A stretch of DNA of 64,000 nt. Origin: Camelus dromedarius (taxonomy: Eukaryota). Numbering within the stretch: position 1 is the stretch's first letter; every line of letters starts with the position of its first letter. The notes beneath the pieces were generated by a model. That model was not told the origin of the DNA. It saw only the letters and a list, made by a program, of their open reading frames with translations, and ran no database searches. Shown piece after piece: positions 1-11,585 of this stretch. The stretch lies in assembly GCF_036321535.1 (NCBI RefSeq), contig NC_087436.1, forward strand, positions 68,884,001 to 68,948,000. Direction: 5' to 3'. A program made the translations under genes and the position numbers.

Positions 1-1077
1 GTGTGTCTTGTTTCCATAACCCCACATTAGGCAAATAAGAATGACATAATGTTTCATAAATGAAAAGTTGATGGATGTCATAATTAGAATATAATTAAAA
101 TAACTTGTTTTAGTTGATAATAGTTCAAAAGGGAATAAAGGTCAAAGAGTGCTACTCTTCAGAGCTCTGCTCATTAATGCAAATTTACATGGTGAAATTC
201 TGTGGAAAGTTGTTCCTTGAAGGGGATTTTAGAGTACTGAGGTAATTAATACCTGATGAGGATCCAAAAGAATGCATATACCATTGACCTGGGCTGTCGA
301 AAATAACTGACCAGAGCAGTACTTTCCACCCACTTTGGCTAATACTATTTCAGTTTTGTTAGTATATTTTCCTTCTTGCTAATGTTTTCATTTAAGCATC
401 ATTTATCTATAATCATGTCTCTTCCCACTGCTATTTAACAACAAATTTTGAGTTCCACAGGGAGTCAGGGCTTCTTTGAACATTAAAACACAAACTAATG
501 TATTATCTACAAATCAAAAAAAGTTATAATACAAAAAAATATAATTTTCCACATCTTCAGTGATCTTTTCTTTGCTGTCCCATAGTGGTTTTTGTCTTTT
601 TTCTTCCTTCTGCTTGTTTCCTCTGCCCCATCTTGTTCTATCACTTTCTTTCCAGTTTAGTCATTTATTTCTTATTCCCCTCTCCTTTTACCTCCTTTTA
701 CTTAAAAAAAAACCCCAAATATATGTATTAATAAGATTATTCAGATTTTTTTAGATTACCCACTCTCTGAACCTTGAAATCATGAGTATCTCCTTCTCCA
801 TAGCTCTTTCACCTAATCAGTCTACCTTAGAATTGTTTCTCCTGTTTGTACCTTCTTTGCATTTCCCTAATACCATTCTACCTCAAGCATTCAATGTATT
901 TTATCTGGACAATAATAGTAGCCATTAATAGATCTCTTTATCTCCTATGATAACTTCCCTTCAAACACATTCTACAATTTTGCAGCCAGAATTTATCTTC
1001 TAAATATACAGTTCTGATAATGTGCAAACACTTTCAGATATTTATCATTACATAGACTGTAAACACTTTAGATTGGT

Positions 1078-1640
1078 ATTCATTCACTTGTTCATTCAAT
1101 AAATATTTATAGAGATCCTATTATATGCTAAAAACTGATTCTGTTGTTGGAAAAACCATGGTGAACAAGACAGACAAGTTTCCTGCTTTCATGGAGCTCA
1201 CAGACTAGTGGAAGGGAAATGAAAATAAACAAGCTGAAGAGTAAGTTTCAACTCATGAAAGTAAAACACATTAATGAACAGAGTATGACTGGAGGCCGGG
1301 GGAAGAGATTGCTTAATTGGGTAACAAGGAGTTGTCCTCTGAGAGATGCTATTTGAGCTGAGAGATGAATAGTGAGGAAACATCTTCCAGAAGAATTGGG
1401 GAAAGAGCAACCAGGTGTCACCAAATTCCTAGAGCTGGGACAGGAGTGAATTTGCTGAGTTCATGAAAGAAACGAAGCCAATGTGCTGGATCACAGCAGG
1501 TCCAGGGAAAAGTAGAGAAAATTTAGCCAGAGACAAGCAAGGACCAAATCATAGGGTCTGAAGACCACAGCAAGGTGTTACAATTCTAAGGGCTATATGA
1601 ACCCACTGGACAATTTTAAATGTGGAAAGGATGTGATATA
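1078..1640 (-). mobile_element. L2 (LINE-2) 3' fragment
   Basis: Starts with ttcattcaataaatatttat...gtgaacaagacagacaag...tttgagctgaga, recognisable reverse-complemented L2 3' end; boundaries approximate. Confidence 0.65.
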
Positions 1641-1651
1641 ACTTACATTTT

Positions 1652-1839
1652 TTTATATTCTTATTTTTTGAAGTGTAGTTGATTAACAGTGTTAGTTTCA
1701 AGTGTATAGCAAAGCAATTCACTTATAAATATACATACACACATATATATTTTTCAGATTCTTTTCCATTACAGCTAGTTACAGGAAATTGAATGTAGTT
1801 CCCTGTGCCCTACAGTAGGTCCTTCTTGTTTATCTATTT
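1652..1839 (-). mobile_element. Short L1 3'-end fragment (cetartiodactyl-type) inserted into an L2
   Basis: Typical antisense L1 3' text (gaagtgtagttgatt...ttccctgtgccctacagtaggtcc...tttatctatttt); near-TSD taacttacatttt 1639-1651 / taatttacatttt 1840-1852. Confidence 0.75.
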
Positions 1840-3941
1840 TAATTTACATTTTAAAAGAAAAGTCCTCCATTTGCTGTGTCTAACTTTTGAGTTCTCTTCC
1901 CTTCACATGTGCTATTCTGTTCCTTACGTCCAGCCACCCTGTTTTGCTCACAACATCTCCTCTGCCTAAAATGTCCTCTCTTCCTCTGTATTTTTAACCT
2001 CCTTTTCCCCAGCAGCTAGATTTTCCATTTCTGGAAACCTTTCAGTGCTCTGCTCTAATGCCTTTTCCTTCCTTTAAAGGTTAATTCCTTTCACAGTCCC
2101 ACCCCAGTTAGCAACTCTCTTGAAGTCTCCTATACAGCTTTGTTGCTGTCTATTTTGTTGTATTGTTCACATTCTGTTTTCTGTTCTGGCTATTTGTGCC
2201 AATGACCTTGTCCTTCTCTCTGCCTCAGCTGCCCACTGTCATACTCAGGCTCTGTATCTAGCCATTACCAAGAGCTTCAATTTCTCCATGATCTAAATTT
2301 TAATTATCTAACTCTTCAACTTCCACCACTTACCCTTCGAGCTCACTGTCTTAGTACCCTGACTTCAATCCCACTGGGACTTAAAATCAACTGAGCCTAC
2401 TATCTTTTCACTGTCTCCCAACACCCTCATTGGACTCATTCCCTGGTGTACACCCTCAGTCCTGCAGTCCTCTCTTACTTTGTCATAATCATGTAGCAAA
2501 ATTCCAACCCTGGTTAAATACAACTTTCTAACTACTTTGCATTTACATAAATGTGGCTGGGAAAAAATGCTCAAAATGCTTATGAGTCTCATTTTAAACA
2601 CAGGATCACTAACATCTAGTTAGCCCTCAGTGCTTCCTGGCGATCTTACTAATTTAGTTCCTCTCTCTTCTAGTGTGAGAAACAATTGTTTCATACTTTC
2701 TCTTCTCAAATCTCCAATAACTCTTCCTTCATCCTCACCCTCAGCTGATGGCCTTCATCTCATTTTACTGAGAAAACAGAAATAATCAGAAGAGAGCATC
2801 CATAAGCTCCCACTAACCCATCTCCCACCCCAGTTGTGCCTTTTCTATGTCAATTCTATGCCTGTCTTCTCTGCCTTTCTTCCTGTAACAACAGGAATGT
2901 TTGACACAGTGTTTGGCCCAAAGTGGGCAATAAATTCTGGTTAATTCATTGAACTGCATTGTTGTGTTTTCTGTAGAGACAATAAAATTTAAGTGAAGGG
3001 AGTATAGGATATAGAGCAAAAAGATGGGGTTCTAGGCATATCCTTCTACAATTTGTCAGAATCAGTCTGAGAAAAGGAAATCAAGAATTAAGACAATTAC
3101 CTAGATAATTAAGAGAAGAGTTTCCCACTTTCTCTTAATTTCCCAGATGGTTTTCTCAATATCCCACTCACCTGTATAATCTGGTTTTTATGTGATCTAT
3201 CATACAATAATAAAGTTTTCTCTAGGTTACTGTTATCTCATGGGCAAGAAAGAAGCTGATAAGTTACCTGTTATTGGATTGCATCTTAATGCATGCATTG
3301 TTCACTATTATGGGTCAGGCTTTTAAAAAGATATTTGAAGACAAAGTTATATAATATTTTATGCATTTACATGATATTTCACTTCTTCTAGCAATCCTGT
3401 TTATCTCACATAGTCTTCAACAGAAAATAAGAGTATTTCTCTCACGTTACTTTTTTCTTTAAGAGGTTGCTTTGGTCGCAGCAGTCTGAAGAGAGGTGGC
3501 ATGTATGGTGGAAAGGGCCTGGTTGTTTTCAGGCAGAATGACTTTGCATCTCATCTATTAGAGGCTGAGTTTATTAATCTGTAAAATACAGATGATCCCT
3601 ACAGAGATATTATAAGAATAAAAGAGATAGCAAGCGCTCACTTGTTGTTACCGTTATCAGACTTGGCCCCAAACCCAGTTTTTTTTTTCCATGATATGTG
3701 CTCTAAACTTTATCTTGTATTGCAAGCATTTCAGTAATCTGGATTTTAACTTACTAGTTTTTAATAAAGGAGAGAATTTCCAGAGAAGACATGGACATTT
3801 TACCGGAGAGTTGGTATTTTAGCTTGAATTGCAAGAATTATAGAAGATTTCACTTGTATAAACTTGAAAGAATTGATAAATTCAGGTAGTTATTGCCAAA
3901 ACAATATTTAATTGTAGTAATTATTACAAATGACAGTAGCA

Positions 3942-6900
3942 GAGGAGAAGCAAGATGGTGGAGTATAAGGACGCTCGTAGCTCACCCTCTCCCACAAATA
4001 CACCAAAACTCACATTTACAGAATTACTCAGCCAACCAGAGCACCTGCCGAACTCTGACAGAACATTGCCCTTTTGAAAGACAAAGACGCCAAAAATCTG
4101 GTAGGAGAAAAGGAAAAAAGAAGAAAAAGCAATACAGTGCGGGACCAGTCCTGCGGGGAGGGAGCGATAAAGGAGGACTTGTGCTCATTTGCTGGGTGTC
4201 TCCTCTTAAAATGAGAGGCCAGCAGGACAGAGAGGGAACCTCTGAGATTCAGATCTGCCCCGAGCACCCCTTGAGCGACAGAACTGAGTTAAACGACACC
4301 CAGCCCAAGACGCAAGCTGGCAGCTGGGGCCGGACAGGCCACCCGAGCCAGACGGAGGACTCGGGTGGCTGCACTGAGGCAGCCCCGGGGGACTGCAGGG
4401 TGCTGCGCACTGTGGCTGGGAGGGGATACAGAGCAGAACAACCTCAGTCCCCCATAAATTGCAAAAAAGCAAAGCAACATGGCTGGTGTGCCCTGTGGGG
4501 GAGGGGCGTCGTAGACTTTGTCTCCTCAGACCTGCGCCATTACTGACGCTTCTCGCAAGAAGAGAGGCAGGGTGCAGCCACAGCCGCCATCTCCTCCTGT
4601 GCGCAGGGCCTGGGTGGGGGTGGGGGTGGGGCCGAGACCTTAATCTGCACCCGGGGGCTCTGCAACCTAGGCAGGACTGAGACTTGTTCACAGCCTGAGG
4701 CAGATAGGATCTTTCTGCCTTGGCACCTCAGAGAACTTGCACTGCCAAGACAAACAAGGAGCTGAGATTTGGCATGGAGCAGGGGCGGGGTTGTTCCGTG
4801 GTCTTCCCTGAGCCCGCCTTCGGAGTGCTGACCCGAGGTGGAGCAGGCAGCTGCGCAGGGCAGCGGAGCACCCAGCGCCAGGAGAGGGCAGGCGGCCACA
4901 TGCCTTCTTGGTAGGAATGCAGCACCTGACCACGGTGCTGGGAGGGGGTGCAATCCGCCCACCTGCCTCCCCCTGTGCACAGCATCTGACTGTGGCATCA
5001 GGAGGGGGAGTGACCCGCCCACCCATCGGGTAAGAGCTCAGCTCCTGACCTAGTGTTAGGACGGGGCGCAGTCTGCTAGCTGACAGCCACTGGGAGCAGC
5101 ACAGACGAGGGCACCAACAGAGGGCCTCTGGAAACAGCAAGCTGAGTTCACAAAACAGGGCAAAAACACAAAGACCTCTCAATAAAATCATTAAGAGCAC
5201 ACTGTCTCCAGAAGAATTAGATAACTGATACTCCTTAAGCCACAGTGCCGGAGAAATATGAGCAATATGAAGAAGCAGAGGAACCACTCCCAATTAAAAG
5301 ATCAAGAGAAATCCCCTGAAAGCACAATCAAGGAAATAGACACTGATGGCCTACTAGATCAAGATTTCAAAAAAGGAGTGATCAAAGTAGTGCAGGAACT
5401 AAGAGAAATAGTGTTTAGAGATATAAAATATGTCAAAAATGAAATAGAAGCTATAAAGAAGAACCAAGTAGAATTAGTAAACTCATTTGCTGAAGATGAG
5501 ATCTGACCTAAAGGCTGTACAAAGCAGGCTAGATGATGCAGAAGAACGAATTAGTTACCTAGAAGACAAGACAATATAAAGCACCCAATCAGAACAACTG
5601 CAAGATAAATAAAAAACAATGAAAACAATATAAGGGACTTATGGGATAATATAAAGCATACCAATCTATGTATAATAGGGGTTCCAGAAGGGGAAGAAAG
5701 ATCAAAGGGGATTGAAAAGGTATTGGGAGAAATCATGACTGAAAACTTTCCAAACCTAAAGGAATCAGATATCCAAGTACAGGAGGCTCAGAGGGTCCCA
5801 GACAGGAAGAACCAAAACAGACCCACACCAAGACATACCATAATCAAGATGGCCAGAGTCAAGGATAAAGAAATGATCCTAAAGGCAGCAAGAGAAAAGC
5901 AAAGAGTGAGTTACAAGGGAACCCCCATAAGGCTCTCAGCTGATTTCTCTACACAAACACTACAGGCCAGAAGGGAGTGGCAAGATATATTCAAAGTCCT
6001 GAATGAAAAAAAGATGCAGCCTAGGATACTTTATCCAGCAAGGCTATCCTTTAGGATAGAAGGAGAGATAAAGAATTTCACAGACAAACAAAAAGTAAAA
6101 GAGTTTAGCAACACTAAACCCATGCTAAAAGACATATTGAAAGGTCTACTCTAAATAGAAAAGAAGCAGGATGCTACAGAAATGAGAAACTCATAACTGG
6201 AAAAGTGGTAACTCATGATTTACAAATAAAATAAACACAAAATTGTAAAAGAAGGCATCTAAGTCATTAAGAGTGGGATAGGGAAGCAAGGAAAGCCACT
6301 GTGGAAAACAGTACGGAGATTCCTCAAAAGACTAGGAATAGACTTACCATATGACCCAGGAATCCCACTCCTGGGCATATATCCAGAAGGAACCCTACTT
6401 CAAAATGACACCTGCACCCCAATGTTCATAGCAGCACTGTTTACAACAGCCAATACATGGAAGCAGCCTAGATGTCCGTCAACAGACAACTGCATAAAGA
6501 AGAGGTGGTATATCTATACGATGGAATACTATTCAGCCACAAAAACTGACAACATAACGCCATTTACAGCAACATGGATGTTCCTAGAGAATGTCACTCT
6601 AAGTGAAGTAAGCCAGAAAGAGAAATAAAAATATCGTATGAGATTGCTTATATGAGGAATCTGAAAAAAACCAAAAAACAGAAATACAAAACAAAAACAG
6701 ACTCACACATAGAATACAAACTTGTGGCTGCCAAGGGGGAAGGGGGAGGGAAGGGACAGACTAGGATTTTAAAATGCAGAATAGATAAACAAGATTATAC
6801 TGTATAGCACAGGGAAAAATATACAAGATCTTGTGGTAGCTCATGGAGAAAAAAATGTGACAATGAATATATATATGTTCATGTATGACTGAAAAATTGT

Positions 6901-7067
6901 GCTCTACACTAGAATTTGACACAACATTTAAAAATAACTATTACTCAATAAAAAAAGTAAAAAAAACAAAAACAAAAACATCACACTTGAGCAAATCCCA
7001 CCAAAAAACAAAGGAAAACTTAATTTTTTTTAGTGCAGTGTAAACATCTTTTCTCCAGGAAAAAAAA
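3942..7067 (+). mobile_element. Internally deleted LINE-1 (5' UTR + ORF1 + ORF2 tail + 3' UTR; half-L1-like) with probable 3' transduction
   Basis: Starts with gaggagaagcaagatgg and a GC-rich 5' UTR; ORF1 5258-6154; jumps at ~6291-6294 to the ORF2 C-terminus (PLWKTV); AATAAA at ~6947 plus A tail; imperfect TSD aaatgacagtagca (3928-3941) / aagtgacaatagca (7068-7081). Confidence 0.92.
5258..6154 (+). pseudogene. L1 ORF1p remnant (frameshift and stops) of the half-L1-like element
   Basis: ORF fragments MSNMKKQRNHSQLKDQE... and ...ENFPNL...KEMILKAAREKQRVSYKGTPIRLSADFS...ARREWQDIF...LYPARLSF, which are L1 ORF1 RRM/CTD motifs. Confidence 0.9.
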
Positions 7068-8879
7068 AAGTGACAATAGCAATAGCAACATTGAAATTTA
7101 AAAATCAAATTATTTGTAGAATTTTTTCCTGCCTTTTTGTGATATATTTTTTATGACTGCTGAAGCATGTAAATACCCTCTATAATAAACCGATAAAATA
7201 AGCATTTGTTCTAAAAAGAGGGGCTTGTGTTTTGCATTCTTCTTGAGGCTATCAGCCTACTCAAAAACAAAACAAAAGAGAACAAAACACCTATTACATT
7301 AACTAAGGAGGCATTCTACATTCTTAGTCTAATAATCCCAGCCTAGAATTGCCTTGACCTGTTTCCCTACTTATAAAAAATATACTTATCTCTGAGACCT
7401 CATCCAAATGCTCTATTTTAAGTGTTGATTTTCTGTCCTGCTTGAAATTAACTGTTCTTTCTTTGAATTGTTAAAGTTTTTTTTTTTTTTTTACAAATTT
7501 CAGCTTCAGTCATCACAATTTTTGCCATAAACACTAATACCCCTAAATTGATTTCCTTAAATTTTTAAAATGGACTCGTATTTTAAGATAGCCAACCCCT
7601 AAGCAATGATACCTACCAAATACTGAGTTTGATATAGTAGTTTACCTTCTCTAATATACCTCTAATATAAAATATTCTCTAATATAAAATAAATCCTACC
7701 TAAAGTCATCTCATACATCGCTAGCAATGTGAGTACTGATCTTTTAGATAATGCTGCTAAAGTACATTGATTATACCTGTGCTAAATATTGATTAAATTC
7801 TAAATTGTATCCTATTTGTTACTACTTATTGTTTTCTTTCTTCCACTTACCAGAGATCATGTTTCCTTTGTGCTTCTACCGCGTGCTCAGTTACAAGTCT
7901 TGTCTTTAGTAATACTTGAGTACCTTTTTGTGTTATTGTTGAAATAGCACTGAGCTCATCTTACTGTTACTTGGTTGGCGTAAAAAATTTTCTCTGTATT
8001 TACTCTCTATCATCCCTAAGTATGACTTGAAGTTTTCTGTCGAGTTCATTTACCAAACATGAGAATTGAGATTACATTTTAGCTCAGTAATATGTCAATA
8101 CCTAGGAAATTTGGAAGACATTTCTCCTTAGATGACTAATGAACTGGCAAGAAGAATATAGCCTGTGTTGTCAATTTGTGAAACAAGATTCATTGTGGAT
8201 GGATTAGGCAATAGTACTTTCAGGCTACAAAATATTCTTTTATAAGTCTATAAAATAATCATTGTACATTATTTATTCCTATAGGGAAACTTAAGTATTG
8301 TATTTTATCAACACTCTTCAAAAAAACTAAAATAAATTTATCCTATTTAAACATCACATGAGGAGGAGAACTCTCCTTTTAAAAACTGCCTTACTTATAT
8401 GAAGTATATAGTTTTCACTGTTTTGAGTTATTTATTGCCTTTGCTTATAAACTTCTTGGAGCTAGGAGATTAGACAAGTTAATTCCTCATGATCTTGGCT
8501 TATTTTGACTCTTTGTCATCATATTTATGAATGACAGCTCCATTTCCTAAAAATGACATATAGAGGCACAAATATCAAAGGGAAAAACTAAATAATTTGA
8601 CTACTTTAAAAAGGAAGGCAAGCTAACAATAGCATCAAATCTTCTATGTATCAACTTTTCATAAATAAAAGTCAGATGACAAATTGGAAGTTATATGTTA
8701 CAAATATGAAAAGGAGTAGGTTAACTTACCATGAATATTCCATTAAATATGCATTCCTTTCAATCTGGCAATTTTACTTTACCACTTTAAAATGCCAAGA
8801 CTTTGTCAAATTCATCATTGTATTTTCAGCACATGGAATGTGGTAGATGCTCAAGAATATTTTTTAGTTGAAATAGTAG

Positions 8880-10600
8880 AAGACTCAGAGAATGATCCTA
8901 AAGAAGGCTAACCTTTAAGATATAGACAAAAAATGAAGAAGCCTGAAAACCACAGAGGAAATAAGGAGGAAAATGAGTATGATATGAAAACAAAGGATAA
9001 AAGATATTCAAGGAGAGATTGATCCACAGTGTCAAATGGTGTTTGGAAATCAAATATGATTTAAAAGTTTAGAATATCCATTAGATTAAGCAGTAGTGAA
9101 TCACGATGACCATGACAGGTAAAGGAACAGAATAGTGGAGTTATAAACCAAACATCAGGGGTTTGGAGAATAATTGAAACTGAGAAGCTGAGACAGTGGA
9201 TATCAACATTTTTTTTCATGAATTAGATTATGGATAGGAAAAGAGACAAGTTATCAAGGTGTATGGGGTTGATGAACATTTTTCCTTATGAGTGGGTAAG
9301 TTTTGAGTATACTTACAATGGTGTAAACTAGCCAGTAGAGGTCCTGAAGTTGTGAGTTGAGAGCATATCTGAAGGATCATAAATCCTAAACTATTAAGTT
9401 CACACATATTTGTGTATTATTTGTGTAGGACAAAGTGGTCATATACATTTTCATATGGTTCAACCTAATAGATTGGAGAACTTGAACAAACTGTAGGCAT
9501 CCTCTTGAGAGTATGAATGGATGTAAGTAGGTTTGTTGCTTTGTTGTCAGGAAGTTGAAGGAATTCTCACCTAACTGATCACCACATTATTTCCTTGAAG
9601 TAGCAGAAACATGAGAGGACAGGTGATGAGAATTGAAAGTTTGAGGAGGCTGGAGAAGTTGAAAATAGTCATTGTGGAAAACAGGAATATAGACTAAAGG
9701 AAGGTAGTAGAAATAGCACGTGGAGCTGAGGGCTCAGAAGAACTGGCACTTCCTGCACATTTGTAGTGTTCCTCAGTGGTCTGTCTGGGCAGAGATGAGC
9801 CATTGTTCAGATAGTTACAGACTCTGTAGAATTTATCCAGGTATGAATGATAAAAGAAATATGGGACAAGAGAATTAAATGGAATTTAAGACATTGAATT
9901 TGTTGGAATGATGAATCTAAGGATCACAAGAGGAACAAAGATGACTCTGTGTGTGTGTGTGTGTGTGTGTGTTTGGTGGAGATGACAGCTGAAGTATATG
10001 AAGAATTCATAGATTGGAAGAGCCAATGAATAATAATTTTAAAAGCTGATGCATTATGCATTAGAAGTAACTAAGACTGTAAGAAGGAAGGTTAGGATAG
10101 TGATAGTTGTCCAAAGTTATGATTCAGAGAGAGTAACTGCAAGTCATGACAAAATCTAGGGTGTGGGCATGAGAGTAATATTTCAAGAGAAGATTACAGA
10201 GATGAGATAATTAAGGGAACAAATGACGAGAACATTGGAAGTCAACCACATGGGAACTGAGGCTACCTAGGGTAAATGTAAGACTTGGAGAAGAGAATGA
10301 GATAGGGAGGCGAGTGTCAGTCTTTAATAAGTAGAAGGCATTATCATGGGTCTATGAGGACAGTAGTGAGGAAGGAAAGGGGTGGTGAGCAGCATTGTTT
10401 GAGCTTCACATAACAAGACAGTTCACAAGGGTGTGGAGAGTAATGATCTGGGGTGGCATCGAAGAGTGAGGAGGACAAAAACTAAATCCTCAACAATAAA
10501 CCCTTGAGAAGGCTGTAAAAAATTCTGTGTTCTGAAGAAAGAACTATATTTCAGTTTTCCAGGGATATAGACACTATTCAATGAAAAAAATGTTTGGATG
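8880..10600 (-). mobile_element. Degenerate L2 internal region
   Basis: Purine-rich L2-like phrases (acagtgtcaaatg, ccattagatt...gtgaa); boundaries approximate. Confidence 0.45.
9948..9972. repeat. (TG)12 microsatellite
   Basis: Directly visible. Confidence 0.95.
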
Positions 10601-11249
10601 TAGCACATTCCAGAAATTGTGAAAGTGAGAAGATAATTTATCCTAAGGAAATAATTTTGAATATGTGCAAAAACTAGCCAGAAGGATGTTCATTATTACA
10701 GTGTTATTTATAATGTATCAATTTTAACAAGATTGAAAAATTTTAAAAATAGAAGCCACTTAAATTAAAAACAATTTATCATGGCATTTTCCTGTAAACT
10801 ACTTAATCATAGGTAAAACATAGTGTCTTAAGTCTTACTACGTGTATACATGTCTTACATCTAGGTATATATGTTTAATATATGTATGTGTTCTGAAAAA
10901 GCTTTAAGTGTGTTTATAAACTTGAAATTATGCTATTCAGAGATATTAATTACTCTTATTCAGTTTGGGGGCCATCTATCTTTTCATTGTTTTGCATCCA
11001 GTCCTAGTAGTACATTCACAATGCTGAATTCCTAGAGCCTCAGATGCTATTACAGAAGCTGAGGGAAGCCTCTCATTATAATGACAGGTTTGCTTTCCAA
11101 ATTAAAGTCATTAAAGTCACTGTTTTCTACAGTGACATGCTTTCACTTGACAGAGTCCTTTTATGCCATTTCTATAAAATCCAAACTTGATTTTAACAAT
11201 TAATGTGGGAAATAACTTAAAATCCACTAATGGGTGTTATTACAAGAAG

Positions 11250-11585
11250 AGACTCTTGGTGGTTACCAGAGGTTGGGGTAAGAGATGGGCAAAATGGGTG
11301 AAGGGGTCAAAAGGTACAAACTTACAGTTATAAAGTAAATAAGTCATGGGGTTGTAATGTACAGCATGATGATTTCAGTTAATAATACTGCATTGTATAT
11401 TTGAAAATTGCGAAGGGAGTAAATCTTTTAAATTTCCATCACAAGGAAACAAATTTGTAACTAGGTATGATAACAGGTGTCAATGGGGTGAACATTTCAC
11501 AAGATATACTAATGTTAAATCATTATATGGTACATTTGAAACTATAATGATATATGTCAATTATATCTCAATTTTTTAAAAAAGA
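11250..11585 (+). mobile_element. Old L1MA-type 3' UTR fragment
   Basis: ggtggttaccagagg...gggtgaaggggtcaaaaggtacaaactt...gtacagcatg...tcaattatatctcaa; homologous to 53845-54180. Confidence 0.8.

Noticed and set aside
3893..5293. Many overlapping 60-217 aa ORFs on both strands, including possible ORF0-like antisense ORFs
   Set aside because: They lie in a GC-rich L1 5' UTR where stops are rare, have no recognisable domain, and are not preserved in the related L1 at 15002-16140
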